The notes under the pieces were generated by a model. The model made no database searches. It had not been told where the DNA came from and worked only from the letters and a program-made list of their open reading frames with translations. The position numbers were made by a program, and so were the translations under genes. 64,000 bases of DNA from Dehalococcoidia bacterium (GTDB lineage: Bacteria > Chloroflexota > Dehalococcoidia > Bin125). This document shows, piece after piece, positions 18,010 through 27,628 of the stretch. Location: assembly GCA_965242485.1 (NCBI GenBank), contig CBDESM010000002.1:25266-89265 (forward strand), given 5' to 3'. Position 1 is the first letter of the stretch. Each line of letters starts with the position of its first letter.

Positions 18010-20562
18010 TCAGGGGACCTGGTTCCAGACGGCGGGCTCGTTCATGTGGATGGCGAGCACGTTGCCGGGTAGCGGCGCGGTGCTCCAGCCGCCGTCTTCA
18101 CGGAGGTCGATCCACTGCCCGGTTTCCGCGTCGAGCGCCCAAGCGCCCTCCAGCCGCGCCCCGAGCGCGCGCAGCGCGGCGGCCGCGCTCGCGTCGCCGC
18201 CCATCCAGGCGGCGTAGTTGAGCCCGGCGGCCAGGCCGACGCTGCCCTCGCCGGCCGGCACCGAGCGTTCGAGCGTGAGCAGCCAGGGCGATTCGAGGTT
18301 GATCAGCAGGACGTCGCCGCGGCGGACCGAGCTGAACGTCGCCAGCGGCTGCGGCGCGCGCGGGCTCCACATCCGCCAAGCCCTCGCTTCCGCGTCCCAG
18401 CGGGCGGCGGAGACGACGCGGCGGCCGAGCTCCGCCAGCGCGTCGGCGACCGGCCGCTCCGGCCCGAGCCAGGCGATCCAGCGGAAGCCCGCCTGCAGCG
18501 GCCGAGTCTCGGGCCGCAGGTAGGGCGCTGAAAATTCCGACGTGCTCGCGTCGGGGCCGATGGCCAGCGCGCGCAGCGCCGCCCGCGGCTCGACGTCGGT
18601 CGGCAGCTCAGCCTGCCAGCGGCCCGACGAGGCCGCCTGCCCGCGCGCGATCGGGCCGTGCCCATCCTGATCGACTTCGTAGATCCAGACGAGCGATCCG
18701 GGCGTTGCGTCGCCGGCGACGGTGACGCGGAGGTGGCCGAAGGACACATCAGCCTGGCCGACGGCTTCGTACTCGAGGATGCGCGGCGCGTTGATCAGGC
18801 CGTTGGGGCCGCGGTCGGCGTCGCCGGCGTCGTTGGGCGTGGGGCCGTCGCCGCCGAGGTCGATGTCTAGGCCGCCGTTGCCGCTGAAGACGTTGTCCTC
18901 GAGCAGGTTCCCCGTGGAATCATTCCCGAGCACCGCGATTCCCGCGCCGGCCAGGCCGGTGATCCAGTTCTCCCGCACGTCGATGCCGGCGGTCCCGTCC
19001 TCGAGCACGACGCCGCGTCCGGTCCGGGCCGCCGCGACGGCGCGGAAGGCGAGGGGGGTGCGGGCCGCCGCGCCGATCCGGTTGCCGCCGACCTTGGTCC
19101 CGCAGACGGGCCGGGACGCCTCGGCGCGGCAGTCGCCGGCCGAGGTTTCGGCGATCCGCACGGCCGCGTCGGCCCCGGCGAGGATGTTGCCGAGCCCGGG
19201 CTCGCCGCCGATCATGACTTCGGAGGCCAGGCTCGAATCGATCGCGGCCCGCGTGCCCGCGCCGCGCGCGCCAGCGATCTGGTTGCGATGGAGGCTGACC
19301 CGCGAGGTCGCCGCGTCGCGCACGACGATCCCGTACTCGCCGGCCAGCACGTAGTTGGCGCGGACGTAGACCGTGTTGGCGCCGGCGACGACGGAGACGC
19401 CGCGCTCGCGGTTGGGCAGCGGCTCGGCGTCGGCGAGCGCGGACGCCTCCGGCGCGCGGGCCGGCGGCGCGAAGCCGCGCGGGTACAGGCCGATCCAGTT
19501 GCGCTCCAGCCACACGTCGCGCGCCAGCTGCTCGACCGCGATGCCGACGCGGTTGCCGGCGACGACGTTCGCCCCGCCGAGCCCGATCTCGACATCGGCC
19601 GCGTTTTCGCCGATGAAGATGCCGATGTCGTTGGCCGCGGCCGCGCCGCCGGGGGCGACGCCGATCCAGTTGCCGTCGATCGCGGTCGCGGGCGAGGAGG
19701 TGCCGCGCACTTCGACCCCGGCGACGCGGGAGGCGGCGATCACGTTCGCGCGCACGGACGCCTGCGCGCCGTCGACGACGAGCACGCCGTCGTCGTTGGC
19801 CAGCGCCGTTCCGCCGGCGCCGAGGCCGATCAGGTTGCCGGCGACGAAGGCGTTGACGCTGCCCTGGCCGCCGATCACGACGCCGTGGCCGGCGCGGCCG
19901 GGCGAGGAGTTGCCGGCCAGGCGGTTGCCGCAGCCGGGGCACTCGCCGCCGATGCGGACGTCGGCCGCGCCGCCGAGCACGCCGATGCCGGCCAGCCGGT
20001 TGGGCGCGGCCGCGCGGCCGTCGGGCGTCATGCCGATCCAGTTGCCCTCCAGCACGGCGCCGGAGGCGGCGTTGTGGAAGACGCCGATGCCCTGCCGCTG
20101 GAAGCCGCCGATGCCGAGCCCGCGCACCACCGCCCCGCCGCGGTAGACCGTGATCCCCGCCGCGTCGCCCGCGCCGCTCCCGTCCAGGTAGACGCGCGGC
20201 GGCGCTCCGCTGCGCCAGCCGGGCTGGCTGGTCGCGTCGATCTCGATGCCCTCGTCGGCCAGCGGATCGAGCTCGCGCTGGAGCCGGATCACCGCGCGGC
20301 CCGCGCCGTCGAGGCCGCTGGCGATGTTGAAGCGGATGCGGTCGGGGCCGTTCGAGTCGTTGGCGGCGCGGATCGCCTGGCGCAGCGTGCAGCTGGACGG
20401 ATGGCAGAGGCCCGCCTCGTCGCCGGTCGAGGTGACGGTCCAGGCGTGCGCCTGGCCGCCGGCGCGGGGGGCGAGCGCGATCAGCGCCGCGGCGATGACG
20501 GCGAGCGCGATCAGGAGGGCGGCGAGGAGCGGGCGGCGGGAGCGGGCGGGCGCGGCGGGCAT
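18010..20562 (-). CDS. Secreted right-handed parallel beta-helix repeat protein
   Basis: Many NxIxGN / GxxVxGNxIG repeats typical of pectate-lyase/NosD-like beta-helix. Signal/TM at Met 20562 (MPAAPARSRRPLLAALLIALAVIA). The upstream low-complexity extension is discarded. Confidence 0.65.
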   Translation of the reverse strand: MPAAPARSRRPLLAALLIALAVIAAALIALAPRAGGQAHAWTVTSTGDEAGLCHPSSCTLRQAIRAANDSNGPDRIRFNIASGLDGAGRAVIRLQRELDPLADEGIEIDATSQPGWRSGAPPRVYLDGSGAGDAAGITVYRGGAVVRGLGIGGFQRQGIGVFHNAASGAVLEGNWIGMTPDGRAAAPNRLAGIGVLGGAADVRIGGECPGCGNRLAGNSSPGRAGHGVVIGGQGSVNAFVAGNLIGLGAGGTALANDDGVLVVDGAQASVRANVIAASRVAGVEVRGTSSPATAIDGNWIGVAPGGAAAANDIGIFIGENAADVEIGLGGANVVAGNRVGIAVEQLARDVWLERNWIGLYPRGFAPPARAPEASALADAEPLPNRERGVSVVAGANTVYVRANYVLAGEYGIVVRDAATSRVSLHRNQIAGARGAGTRAAIDSSLASEVMIGGEPGLGNILAGADAAVRIAETSAGDCRAEASRPVCGTKVGGNRIGAAARTPLAFRAVAAARTGRGVVLEDGTAGIDVRENWITGLAGAGIAVLGNDSTGNLLEDNVFSGNGGLDIDLGGDGPTPNDAGDADRGPNGLINAPRILEYEAVGQADVSFGHLRVTVAGDATPGSLVWIYEVDQDGHGPIARGQAASSGRWQAELPTDVEPRAALRALAIGPDASTSEFSAPYLRPETRPLQAGFRWIAWLGPERPVADALAELGRRVVSAARWDAEARAWRMWSPRAPQPLATFSSVRRGDVLLINLESPWLLTLERSVPAGEGSVGLAAGLNYAAWMGGDASAAAALRALGARLEGAWALDAETGQWIDLREDGGWSTAPLPGNVLAIHMNEPAVWNQVP

Positions 20563-20566
20563 CGGC

Positions 20567-22231
20567 TCAGCGGGCGACGAGCGGGAGCACGACGGCGGTG
20601 TCGACGCGGATGTAGAGCTCGTCGCCGGGGCGCAGGGCGAAGGAGCCCTCGTCGCCCGCGCCGAGCCGGTAGCGCTGCCAGCCGCCGCCGCTGCCGTCGC
20701 GTTCGCCCCCGTCACTGTCGCTGCCGTCACTGCCATCGCCGTCGCCGCCGTTGCCGTCCCAGCGCCAGACTTCGCCGGCGAGGCGGGCGATGGGGGCCAT
20801 CGCTTCGTGCACGGGGGCTTCCGCGCCGACCCAGGTGACGCGGTTGATCCCGCGTCGCAGGGCCGTGCCTGCGCCGAGCAGGCTGGAGAGCATCGCCGAT
20901 TGGCCGACGCGCGGGAGGTCGGCGACGGTCGCCTTGATCATCGCGTCGGCCTTCGCGCCGGTCGGGGCGGCGGGCAGCGAGAGCACGACCGTGGACGCGC
21001 CGGCGGAGACGGGGGTCAGCGGCGAGTCGAGCGCCGCGCCGTCGGGCGCGCCGTCCAGCGTCCAGCGGATGCTGCGGCCGTCGGCGACGGGGCGCGAGGC
21101 GGCGTCGACCAGCGAGGCGGTGATGCGGTAGGCGTCGGGCGCGCCGCTGGCGGGGGCGGCCAGGCGCTCGGCGGCGAGGTAGAGCGCGGCGGGGCGGCCG
21201 GCGACTTGCACGGCGATGCGGTCCTCGAGTTCGCCGCGCCAGGAGGCGGCGATGACGTGGCTGCCGGGCGCGGCGGAGGCGGCGTCGAAGCGGGCGAAGA
21301 GGCTGCCCTGCGCGTCCGTGAGCAAGCGCCCGTCGGCGCGTTCGGAGATGATCGCGAGGCCGCTGTCGCCGAGCGCGAGCCCGATCTCCTGGCCGGGCAC
21401 GCCGCGGCCGTCGGCGTCGGTCAGCAGCAGCCAGACGCTGCCCGGCTCGCCGGCGGAGCCGCGCTGGATCGGGCCCGGGTCGAGCGCGACGAAGAGCAGC
21501 GCGACCGGCTCGGGCTGGAGCGCGAAGCGGAACTCGGCGGAGGCCGCGCCGGCGGAGGCGCGGACGGAGGCAGAGCCGGCCGCGCCGGTGATGCGGACGA
21601 TGGCGCTGCCGTCGGGGCCGGCGCGGCGGTCGGCGCGGATGATGCGGGCCTCGCCGCCGCTGATCGCGAACTCGATCGGCTGGCCGGGCAGGGGGGAGCC
21701 GAGCCGGTCGAGCACTTGGAAGGCGAAATCGTGGCGGTCGCGGGCGAGCAGGCCTTCGGCGGAATCGGGCGGGGCGATGGCGGCGACGGGGCCGGTGAAG
21801 GCGATCCGCAGCGTGCCCGTGGCGCCAGCGCCGGCGGCGAAGATTTTCGCGGGGCCGGCGCGACCGTCGCCGTAGATGGCGACGCGGGCTTCGAGCAGGG
21901 AGCCGGCGGCGCGGGCGAGCGCGAGTTCGGCGCGGCTGGGGCCGGTTTCGCCGCCGAAGACGCCGAGCTCGGCCGAGAGCGCGATGCGGTCGCCCGGCGC
22001 GACTTCGCCGCTGCGCACGGCGGGGCCGGAGACGGAGACGACGAGCTGCGCCGAGCCGCCGTCGGCCGGGATGTACTCGGCATCCGTCGTGATCTGGATC
22101 CGCGCCGATTGCGCCGCCGCGGGTGAGGCGGACAGGAACGCGAGCAGCAGCGCAACCGCGACGGCCAAGGCGGCCAGCGTGAGCAGCAGCCGGCTGGGAG
22201 TTGCGCTGAGGGGGGGGTGAGGGCGCGACAT
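20567..22231 (-). CDS. Secreted protein with bacterial Ig-like (Big) repeats
   Basis: Signal peptide (LLLTLAALAVAVALLLAFLSASPAAAQS), repeated ~90-aa beta-rich modules and a C-terminal Gly/Asp-rich segment. Its stop lies 4 nt before the next gene's start, so the two are co-operonic. Confidence 0.6.
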   Translation of the reverse strand: MSRPHPPLSATPSRLLLTLAALAVAVALLLAFLSASPAAAQSARIQITTDAEYIPADGGSAQLVVSVSGPAVRSGEVAPGDRIALSAELGVFGGETGPSRAELALARAAGSLLEARVAIYGDGRAGPAKIFAAGAGATGTLRIAFTGPVAAIAPPDSAEGLLARDRHDFAFQVLDRLGSPLPGQPIEFAISGGEARIIRADRRAGPDGSAIVRITGAAGSASVRASAGAASAEFRFALQPEPVALLFVALDPGPIQRGSAGEPGSVWLLLTDADGRGVPGQEIGLALGDSGLAIISERADGRLLTDAQGSLFARFDAASAAPGSHVIAASWRGELEDRIAVQVAGRPAALYLAAERLAAPASGAPDAYRITASLVDAASRPVADGRSIRWTLDGAPDGAALDSPLTPVSAGASTVVLSLPAAPTGAKADAMIKATVADLPRVGQSAMLSSLLGAGTALRRGINRVTWVGAEAPVHEAMAPIARLAGEVWRWDGNGGDGDGSDGSDSDGGERDGSGGGWQRYRLGAGDEGSFALRPGDELYIRVDTAVVLPLVAR

Positions 22232-22523
22232 ATTGACAGGATATTCGCGCGGGAACGGGGGGTTGGGGTAGGGGCGGGGCAGTTCAGGGGCAGTTTACGC
22301 GCAGGTCATACTTTCTGGGCGTCGCGTGCGGCTGCCGGGGGCGTTGCGCGAGGGGCGATGCCGGCTGCTCGGCGCGGTGCCGGCGAGGGTCGGCCGGCTG
22401 CTCGGCGGAGCTCGGCATCGCTCGCTGCTTCGAGCGTTGGCCGGCTGTTCGGCGCGGCGGGGGCGGGGGGGCGACCGGCACGGCTGGTTCCTCCGGGCGC
22501 GGGGGGCTATGAAAAAGAGAAAC

Positions 22524-22554
22524 GGAGAGGGCGGGGATTGCTCCCCGCCCTCTC
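22524..22554 (-). terminator. Rho-independent terminator for the minus-strand gene ending at 22610
   Basis: gagagggcgggg-attgctc-ccccgccctctc, a 12-bp GC stem. On the minus strand it is followed by gtttctctttttc (U-rich). Confidence 0.6.
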
Positions 22555-22609
22555 GCGGTTGTGCCCAGTGGTGGGTGGCTGGCTGTGCGGGTTGTTGCCC
22601 GCGGGGGGG

Positions 22610-23389
22610 TTAGAGGTTGGCGCCGACCTTGCGGTGGGCGGCGAAGGCGCCGAGCAGGCCGAGCAGGACCAGGGCGCCGCTGAGGCCGAAGACCCAGGCG
22701 TCGGTGCCGTTGCCCTGGCCGAGCAGGCCGCCGGTGCCGCCGACCGGCATCTGGCTCATGCCGCCCTCGTCCATGCTCTCGTCGTCGCCGTCCATGCCCA
22801 TCATCGCGCCGCCGTCGTCGGCGTCGCCTTCGAGGTCGCCCTCGTCGGTGCCCATCATGGCGCCGCCGTCTTCGTCGCCGGCCATCATGGAGGTGCCGTC
22901 GCCGTCGTCGGTGCCCATCGACATGCCGTCGCCGTCGTCGCCGCCCATCATGCCGTTGTCGCCGTCATCCTCGGTGCCGAGGATGTCGCCGTTGTCCTCT
23001 TCGGGGGCCGGGGCGGGGGCGGGGGTCATGGCCGCGAGGGAGACCTGCTTGAAGCCGCCGCCGCGGGTGGGGGACATGACGGTGTCGGCGACTTCGCCGC
23101 CGTCGCCGACCATGAAGGTGAGTTCGGTGTTGGCGGGGACGTCGACGAACCAGCCGTTGTCGTCCCACTGGGCGCTGAAGGATTCCTCGCCGGCCATCGC
23201 GGTGATGGCGATGCCGTCTTCGGCGACGCCGTCGAGGGTGACGGAGCCGTTGGCGCCCCAGACGACCGCCTGCGGGGTGCCGGGGACCTGCGCGTGCGTC
23301 GTCGCCGCCGCGAAGGCGAGGGCGGCGGCCGCCGCGGCCAAGGCCAGGAGCCTCGGCATCATCTTCACTCGTGCCATTCCTCGTGCCAT
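22610..23389 (-). CDS. Secreted Met/Asp/Gly-rich protein with C-terminal hydrophobic anchor
   Basis: AAAGGA RBS, signal peptide (MARGMARVKMMPRLLALAAAAAALAFAAATTHAQ), a repetitive region (MMGGDDGDGMSMGTDDGDGTSMMAGDEDGGAMMGTDEGD) and a C-terminal TM helix with basic tail (LSGALVLLGLLGAFAAHRKVGANL). Confidence 0.6.
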   Translation of the reverse strand: MARGMARVKMMPRLLALAAAAAALAFAAATTHAQVPGTPQAVVWGANGSVTLDGVAEDGIAITAMAGEESFSAQWDDNGWFVDVPANTELTFMVGDGGEVADTVMSPTRGGGFKQVSLAAMTPAPAPAPEEDNGDILGTEDDGDNGMMGGDDGDGMSMGTDDGDGTSMMAGDEDGGAMMGTDEGDLEGDADDGGAMMGMDGDDESMDEGGMSQMPVGGTGGLLGQGNGTDAWVFGLSGALVLLGLLGAFAAHRKVGANL

Positions 23390-23516
23390 GTCCGTGTCCT
23401 TTCTCTGCCGTCCCCAGCATTGTGGCGGGGGAGGCTGGCGGCGATCCAGCCGATTGCGTAAAGCGTGCCGCCGGGAGGCGCCCAAGCGCTCCCCCGGCGG
23501 CCAGCCTCAGCCTGCC

Positions 23517-25988
23517 CTAGTTGCGGCCCCCGATGAAGAGGGTGTCGCCGGACTGGATCTCGAAGTCGGGGTCGCTGCCGGGGATCGGGGTGGCGCCGTC
23601 CGGGAGCAGGCCGAAGCGGAGCCAGGTGCCGTCGGGGTTGTACTTCCAGAGCAGGCCCACGCCGCGCGCCTGCAGGCCGCGGTAGAGCTCGCCCGCGGTG
23701 ACCGTGTTGTCCGGCTGCCAGTTCGCGAACCCGTTCAGGCTCGAGAGCCCGGTGATGTCGCGCACCTCGGTCGCCTGCGCCGCGCCGCCGACGTTGATCA
23801 GCAGCGTCTTCACGATCGTGTCCGCCGTCGCCGTGACCACGGTCAGGCCGCTGCCGACCACGATGGTGCTGCGGCTGGCCACGCCGCCCTTCGTCTTCGC
23901 CGTCCGCGACGGCGTCGTGTCCAGCAGCGCCGCGGCCGTGCCGCCGCCGGCGGGGCGGATCGAGAAGGTCACGTTGGTCCCGTCCGCGACCGGGTTGCCG
24001 GCCGCGTCGTTGACCGTCGCGGTCAGCATGACCTGCGTGCGGATGCCGGCGGGAACGGCCGGGTCCGCGACCAGCGTCGTCTGGTCGTCGGCCGCGGGGC
24101 CGACCACGGTGAACTCGATCGACTTCTTCAGGCTGGTGCCGTCCAGCCGCACCTCGACCTTGTGCGTGCCCGGCTTGAGCCGCCCGGTCGCCGTGTTCGG
24201 CGCGATCACGGTCAGGCCGAAGCCGGTCAGGTCGTTGTCGTCGGCGTCTTCGCTGGCGCCGCGGGTGTTGTCGAGGTCGAAGTTGCTGTTCGCGACGCGC
24301 CGGTTGTCGGGGCCGGTCACGGTGAAGGTGGTCGGGTGGAGTCTGTTGACGGTGACGGCTTCGCCGCTGGCGTCGGTCGCGGTCGGAACCAGCGTCAGGC
24401 GGTCGCGGTTGTCGCCGTCGGTGCCGGCCCAGAAGACGTTGCTGGCGGCCGGGGCGAGGGCGAGATCCTTGGCCGGGCCGGCGATGCGGACCTCGACCGC
24501 GTTGGTCTCGACCCAAGAGCCGTTGATCGCCTGCACGCGGGCGGTGACCGTGGCGGTGCCGGTCTCGGTGCCGGTGGACTTGAGGACGATGCTGCCGATC
24601 GCGCCGGCTTGCTGGGTGCCGTCCCACGGGTCGTTCACCGTGTTCAGGCCGGTCCACTGGCAGATGCGGGTGCCGAAGCAGTTGCGCTTCACCTTCTCGT
24701 TGGTGCCCGGGATGAAGGTGTCGTTGGCCGTGCCTACGCCGTAGGAGTCCCTGATGTCGCCGCGGCTGGTCTGGATCTCGATGGTGCGGATGCCGTTCCA
24801 GTTCGAGCCGGCGCCCTCGGAGTTGCTCACGGCGAGGGTGAGGTTGGTGCTGGTCGTGTCGCCGCCGGCCGAAGTCGTGATCTGGCTGGGGCATTCCGCG
24901 CCCGCCGCGCCGCTGCAGGGCTTGCCCTCGGCGGTGTTGATCCCGAGCGAGAGGGCGGCGGCGGCGACTTCGTTCTCGCCGTTGTTGATCCGCAGCGTGG
25001 CGCTGCCGGAGCGGGTGGCGGGTCCGAAGATCGCCTGGTCGTCAGCTCCGTCCCCCCATTTGATGCCGAGGCGGCCGAGGTTGAGACGGGCGTTGATGTT
25101 GATGCTCGCGCCGTCGGAGAGGCCGGCGATGAAGACCTCGGGGTCCTCGTAGGCCGCGTAGCGATCTGCGTCGTCATCGGCGTCGTTGGCGGTGTTGTCG
25201 AGAACCCCGTGGGCGAGCACGACGAAGCAGGACTGGGTGACGGTCGTCTTGCCGTCGGCGTTCTGGTCGGTGCGCGGTCGGTTGCCTTCACGGAGCGGAA
25301 CGCCATTGTCGTTGCCGTCTTCGTCCACGGTCCGCTGGAGGCAGTCGAGCACGACCGCGGGGTTGGTGCGGGTTCGGATGGACTCGTCAACCTCGGTGGT
25401 CGTGGCGACGTCGCTGAGGGTGTCGTTGGCGAAGTAGAGGGTGGCGACGCTGGGGCGGTTGAACTTGTTGCCACCGCTCAGCGAGATCCGGGAGCCCGAG
25501 GCTTGCGTATCGGTCGCGCCGCCAGTGATGCCGAGCAGTACGCCGTCTTCAACAGCATCATCGTCGTCAGTGGCGTCGGCCTCAGTCGGGTCCGGAGACA
25601 TGAGGCCTGACATGTCCTCGTTGGCCGAGAACGCAGTAATCTCGCTGGCCACGGTGTCGGTGGCCTCGGTGGCGGTGCCGAAAGCATCGATCGTCGGTGC
25701 CGTGCCCGTGTAGGGGACGGTGGCGCGGAGCTCGATCGCGACGGGGACCCGGTCGACGCCTGCGTTGGAGCCGCTCTTGGCGACGAAGACGCCGTCGGTG
25801 TCGTTCGGGAAGTAGACATGGACGGCGAGGGTGACCTCGTCGCGGTCGACCACGGTGGGGGCGGGGTCGGCTTGCTGCGCGCTGGAGGTGGAGAGAGCAG
25901 CGAAGGCAGCGGCGACGAGGGCCGCCATCACCATCAGCGCCGCAAGCTGAGAGCGCCGGCTCAGCATCTGCTGGATTGCCTGAATCAT
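23517..25988 (-). CDS. Large secreted surface protein (823 aa), Thr/Asp/Gly-rich, beta-rich repeats
   Basis: Signal peptide (MVMAALVAAAFAALSTSSAQQ), Ig-like repetitive composition, no catalytic motif. AT-richer promoter region at 26150-26200. Confidence 0.55.
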   Translation of the reverse strand: MIQAIQQMLSRRSQLAALMVMAALVAAAFAALSTSSAQQADPAPTVVDRDEVTLAVHVYFPNDTDGVFVAKSGSNAGVDRVPVAIELRATVPYTGTAPTIDAFGTATEATDTVASEITAFSANEDMSGLMSPDPTEADATDDDDAVEDGVLLGITGGATDTQASGSRISLSGGNKFNRPSVATLYFANDTLSDVATTTEVDESIRTRTNPAVVLDCLQRTVDEDGNDNGVPLREGNRPRTDQNADGKTTVTQSCFVVLAHGVLDNTANDADDDADRYAAYEDPEVFIAGLSDGASININARLNLGRLGIKWGDGADDQAIFGPATRSGSATLRINNGENEVAAAALSLGINTAEGKPCSGAAGAECPSQITTSAGGDTTSTNLTLAVSNSEGAGSNWNGIRTIEIQTSRGDIRDSYGVGTANDTFIPGTNEKVKRNCFGTRICQWTGLNTVNDPWDGTQQAGAIGSIVLKSTGTETGTATVTARVQAINGSWVETNAVEVRIAGPAKDLALAPAASNVFWAGTDGDNRDRLTLVPTATDASGEAVTVNRLHPTTFTVTGPDNRRVANSNFDLDNTRGASEDADDNDLTGFGLTVIAPNTATGRLKPGTHKVEVRLDGTSLKKSIEFTVVGPAADDQTTLVADPAVPAGIRTQVMLTATVNDAAGNPVADGTNVTFSIRPAGGGTAAALLDTTPSRTAKTKGGVASRSTIVVGSGLTVVTATADTIVKTLLINVGGAAQATEVRDITGLSSLNGFANWQPDNTVTAGELYRGLQARGVGLLWKYNPDGTWLRFGLLPDGATPIPGSDPDFEIQSGDTLFIGGRN

Positions 25989-26241
25989 CGTTGCTACTTG
26001 CCTCCTCGTAGAGCTCGCACCGCCCCTGGACCCGGCGGTAGGTGTGCCTCGTTCGTGATCGGTCGCGTGGTGACACCTCCTCCGGAGCGGCGATGCGGCT
26101 GCGCCCCCGCAGGGGCGCCGCGACCGCGCGCACGTGTCTCAGCGAGCATCTTAGGTCTGCTGCTTAGTTGTGCCAAACATGATTTACGGCTGCGCAATAG
26201 AGCGCCGAGCGGAGCCGCCGCCTGCGCCGGCGCGCCCGCGC

Positions 26242-27474
26242 TCATCGGCCGACCACCAAGGCGACCGAGGTCGTGCCGGAGCCGCCGATGTTGAGCGTGC
26301 CGACGCGCGACGCGCCCTCAATCTGGCAGCCCTCGGCCCGCCCCGTCACCTGCTTCCAGGCGTCCACCGTCTGGCGCACGCCGGTCGCGCCGACCGGGTG
26401 GCCGCCGCCGATCAGCCCGCCCGAGGGGTTCATCGGAACGGAGCCGCCGAAGTCGATGGTCCCGTCCTCGATGGCCTCGAAGGAGCGGCCCGGCCCGGTG
26501 ATGCCGAAGTGGTCGATGGCCATGTACTGCGAGGTGGTGAAGCAGTCGTGGGTCTCGATGGCGTCGAGTTCGGAGGCGTCGGCGATGCCGGCGCGCTCGA
26601 AGGCGTCGGTGATGGCGCGGCGGGTGTGCGGGAGCACGTAGTCGTCGCCGGCGGCCTGGGCGATTTTGGAGTCGAAGGTGAGCGCGGCGGTGCGGTGGCC
26701 CCAGCCCTGGATTGCGGGGACGTCGGCGAGGTCGATGCCGCGGCGCTCTGCCCACTCGGCGGCGCGCTCTTCGGAGGCGAGCAGGAGGGCGGCCGCGCCG
26801 TCGGTGATCTGGGAGCAGTCGCGCAGGGCGAGGCGGGGGGTGATCTCGGCGCAGTACTTGCCCTCGGCGAGTTCGGCGGGGACGTCCTCGCCGAGCCAGG
26901 CGCGGGTTTGGGCGAGCGGGTTGCGCTGGGCGTTTTCGTAGTTGAGTTCGGCCAGCCGCTGGAGGTGGGCCGCTTCGAGGCCGTAGCGCTCGTCGTAGAC
27001 GTCGCCGAGCCTGCCGAAGAGCTTGGGGAAGGGGAGTTCGACGCCTTCGGCTTCGAGTTCGTACCAGCCGGCGGTGCCGAGGAAGTCGCCGCCCTCCGCG
27101 GGGGAGACGGTCTTCATCTGCTCGACGCCGAGGACGAGCGCGGTGCCGTAGCGGCCGGCCTCGATTTCGGCGGCGGCCATGAGGATGGCGATGGAGCCGG
27201 AGGCGCAGGCGGCCTCGTGTCGGGAGGTGGGCAGGCCGGAGAAGTCGGCGTCGAACTCGGCGAAGAAGCCGCCGAGCTGTCCCTGCTTGGCGTAGAGCTC
27301 GCCGGCGAAGTTGCCGACGTGTGCGGTGTCGACGTCGCCGGCCTCGGCGTTGGCGGCGTCGAGCGCGCCGGCCGTGACCTCGGCCATCACGTCGCGGAGG
27401 TTGGCTTCCTCCTTGCGCCAGTTGCGGGCGAAGTCGGTCTGGTAGCCGCCGAGGATGTAGACGGGAGCGGTCAT
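26242..27474 (-). CDS. Thiolase-family acetyl-CoA C-acyltransferase (SCP-x/thiolase-like)
   Basis: Thiolase fold motifs with an active-site Cys context (ACASGS) and C-terminal GGLIGGGHPVGATG. Confidence 0.8.
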   Translation of the reverse strand: MTAPVYILGGYQTDFARNWRKEEANLRDVMAEVTAGALDAANAEAGDVDTAHVGNFAGELYAKQGQLGGFFAEFDADFSGLPTSRHEAACASGSIAILMAAAEIEAGRYGTALVLGVEQMKTVSPAEGGDFLGTAGWYELEAEGVELPFPKLFGRLGDVYDERYGLEAAHLQRLAELNYENAQRNPLAQTRAWLGEDVPAELAEGKYCAEITPRLALRDCSQITDGAAALLLASEERAAEWAERRGIDLADVPAIQGWGHRTAALTFDSKIAQAAGDDYVLPHTRRAITDAFERAGIADASELDAIETHDCFTTSQYMAIDHFGITGPGRSFEAIEDGTIDFGGSVPMNPSGGLIGGGHPVGATGVRQTVDAWKQVTGRAEGCQIEGASRVGTLNIGGSGTTSVALVVGR

Positions 27475-27628
27475 GAGGGTTGCGTGCCTCCGCGCCTTCC
27501 GCGCCGTGCGGCGCTGCGATCTCGCGTGCGGGCGCAGTGTAGCGCCCGTCGGCGTTCGCGCAGGCTAGCAGCATCCGCCGCTACGCACGCGGCGGGCTCC
27601 GCAAGCGGGCTCATGCGGGCGCTCGTCA

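Noticed and set aside
22232-22500. Short direct repeats cggccggctgctcggcg x3 as a regulatory array or mobile-element end
   Set aside because: The repeats are imperfect and GC-rich, consistent with background composition. No flanking target duplication or transposase is present.
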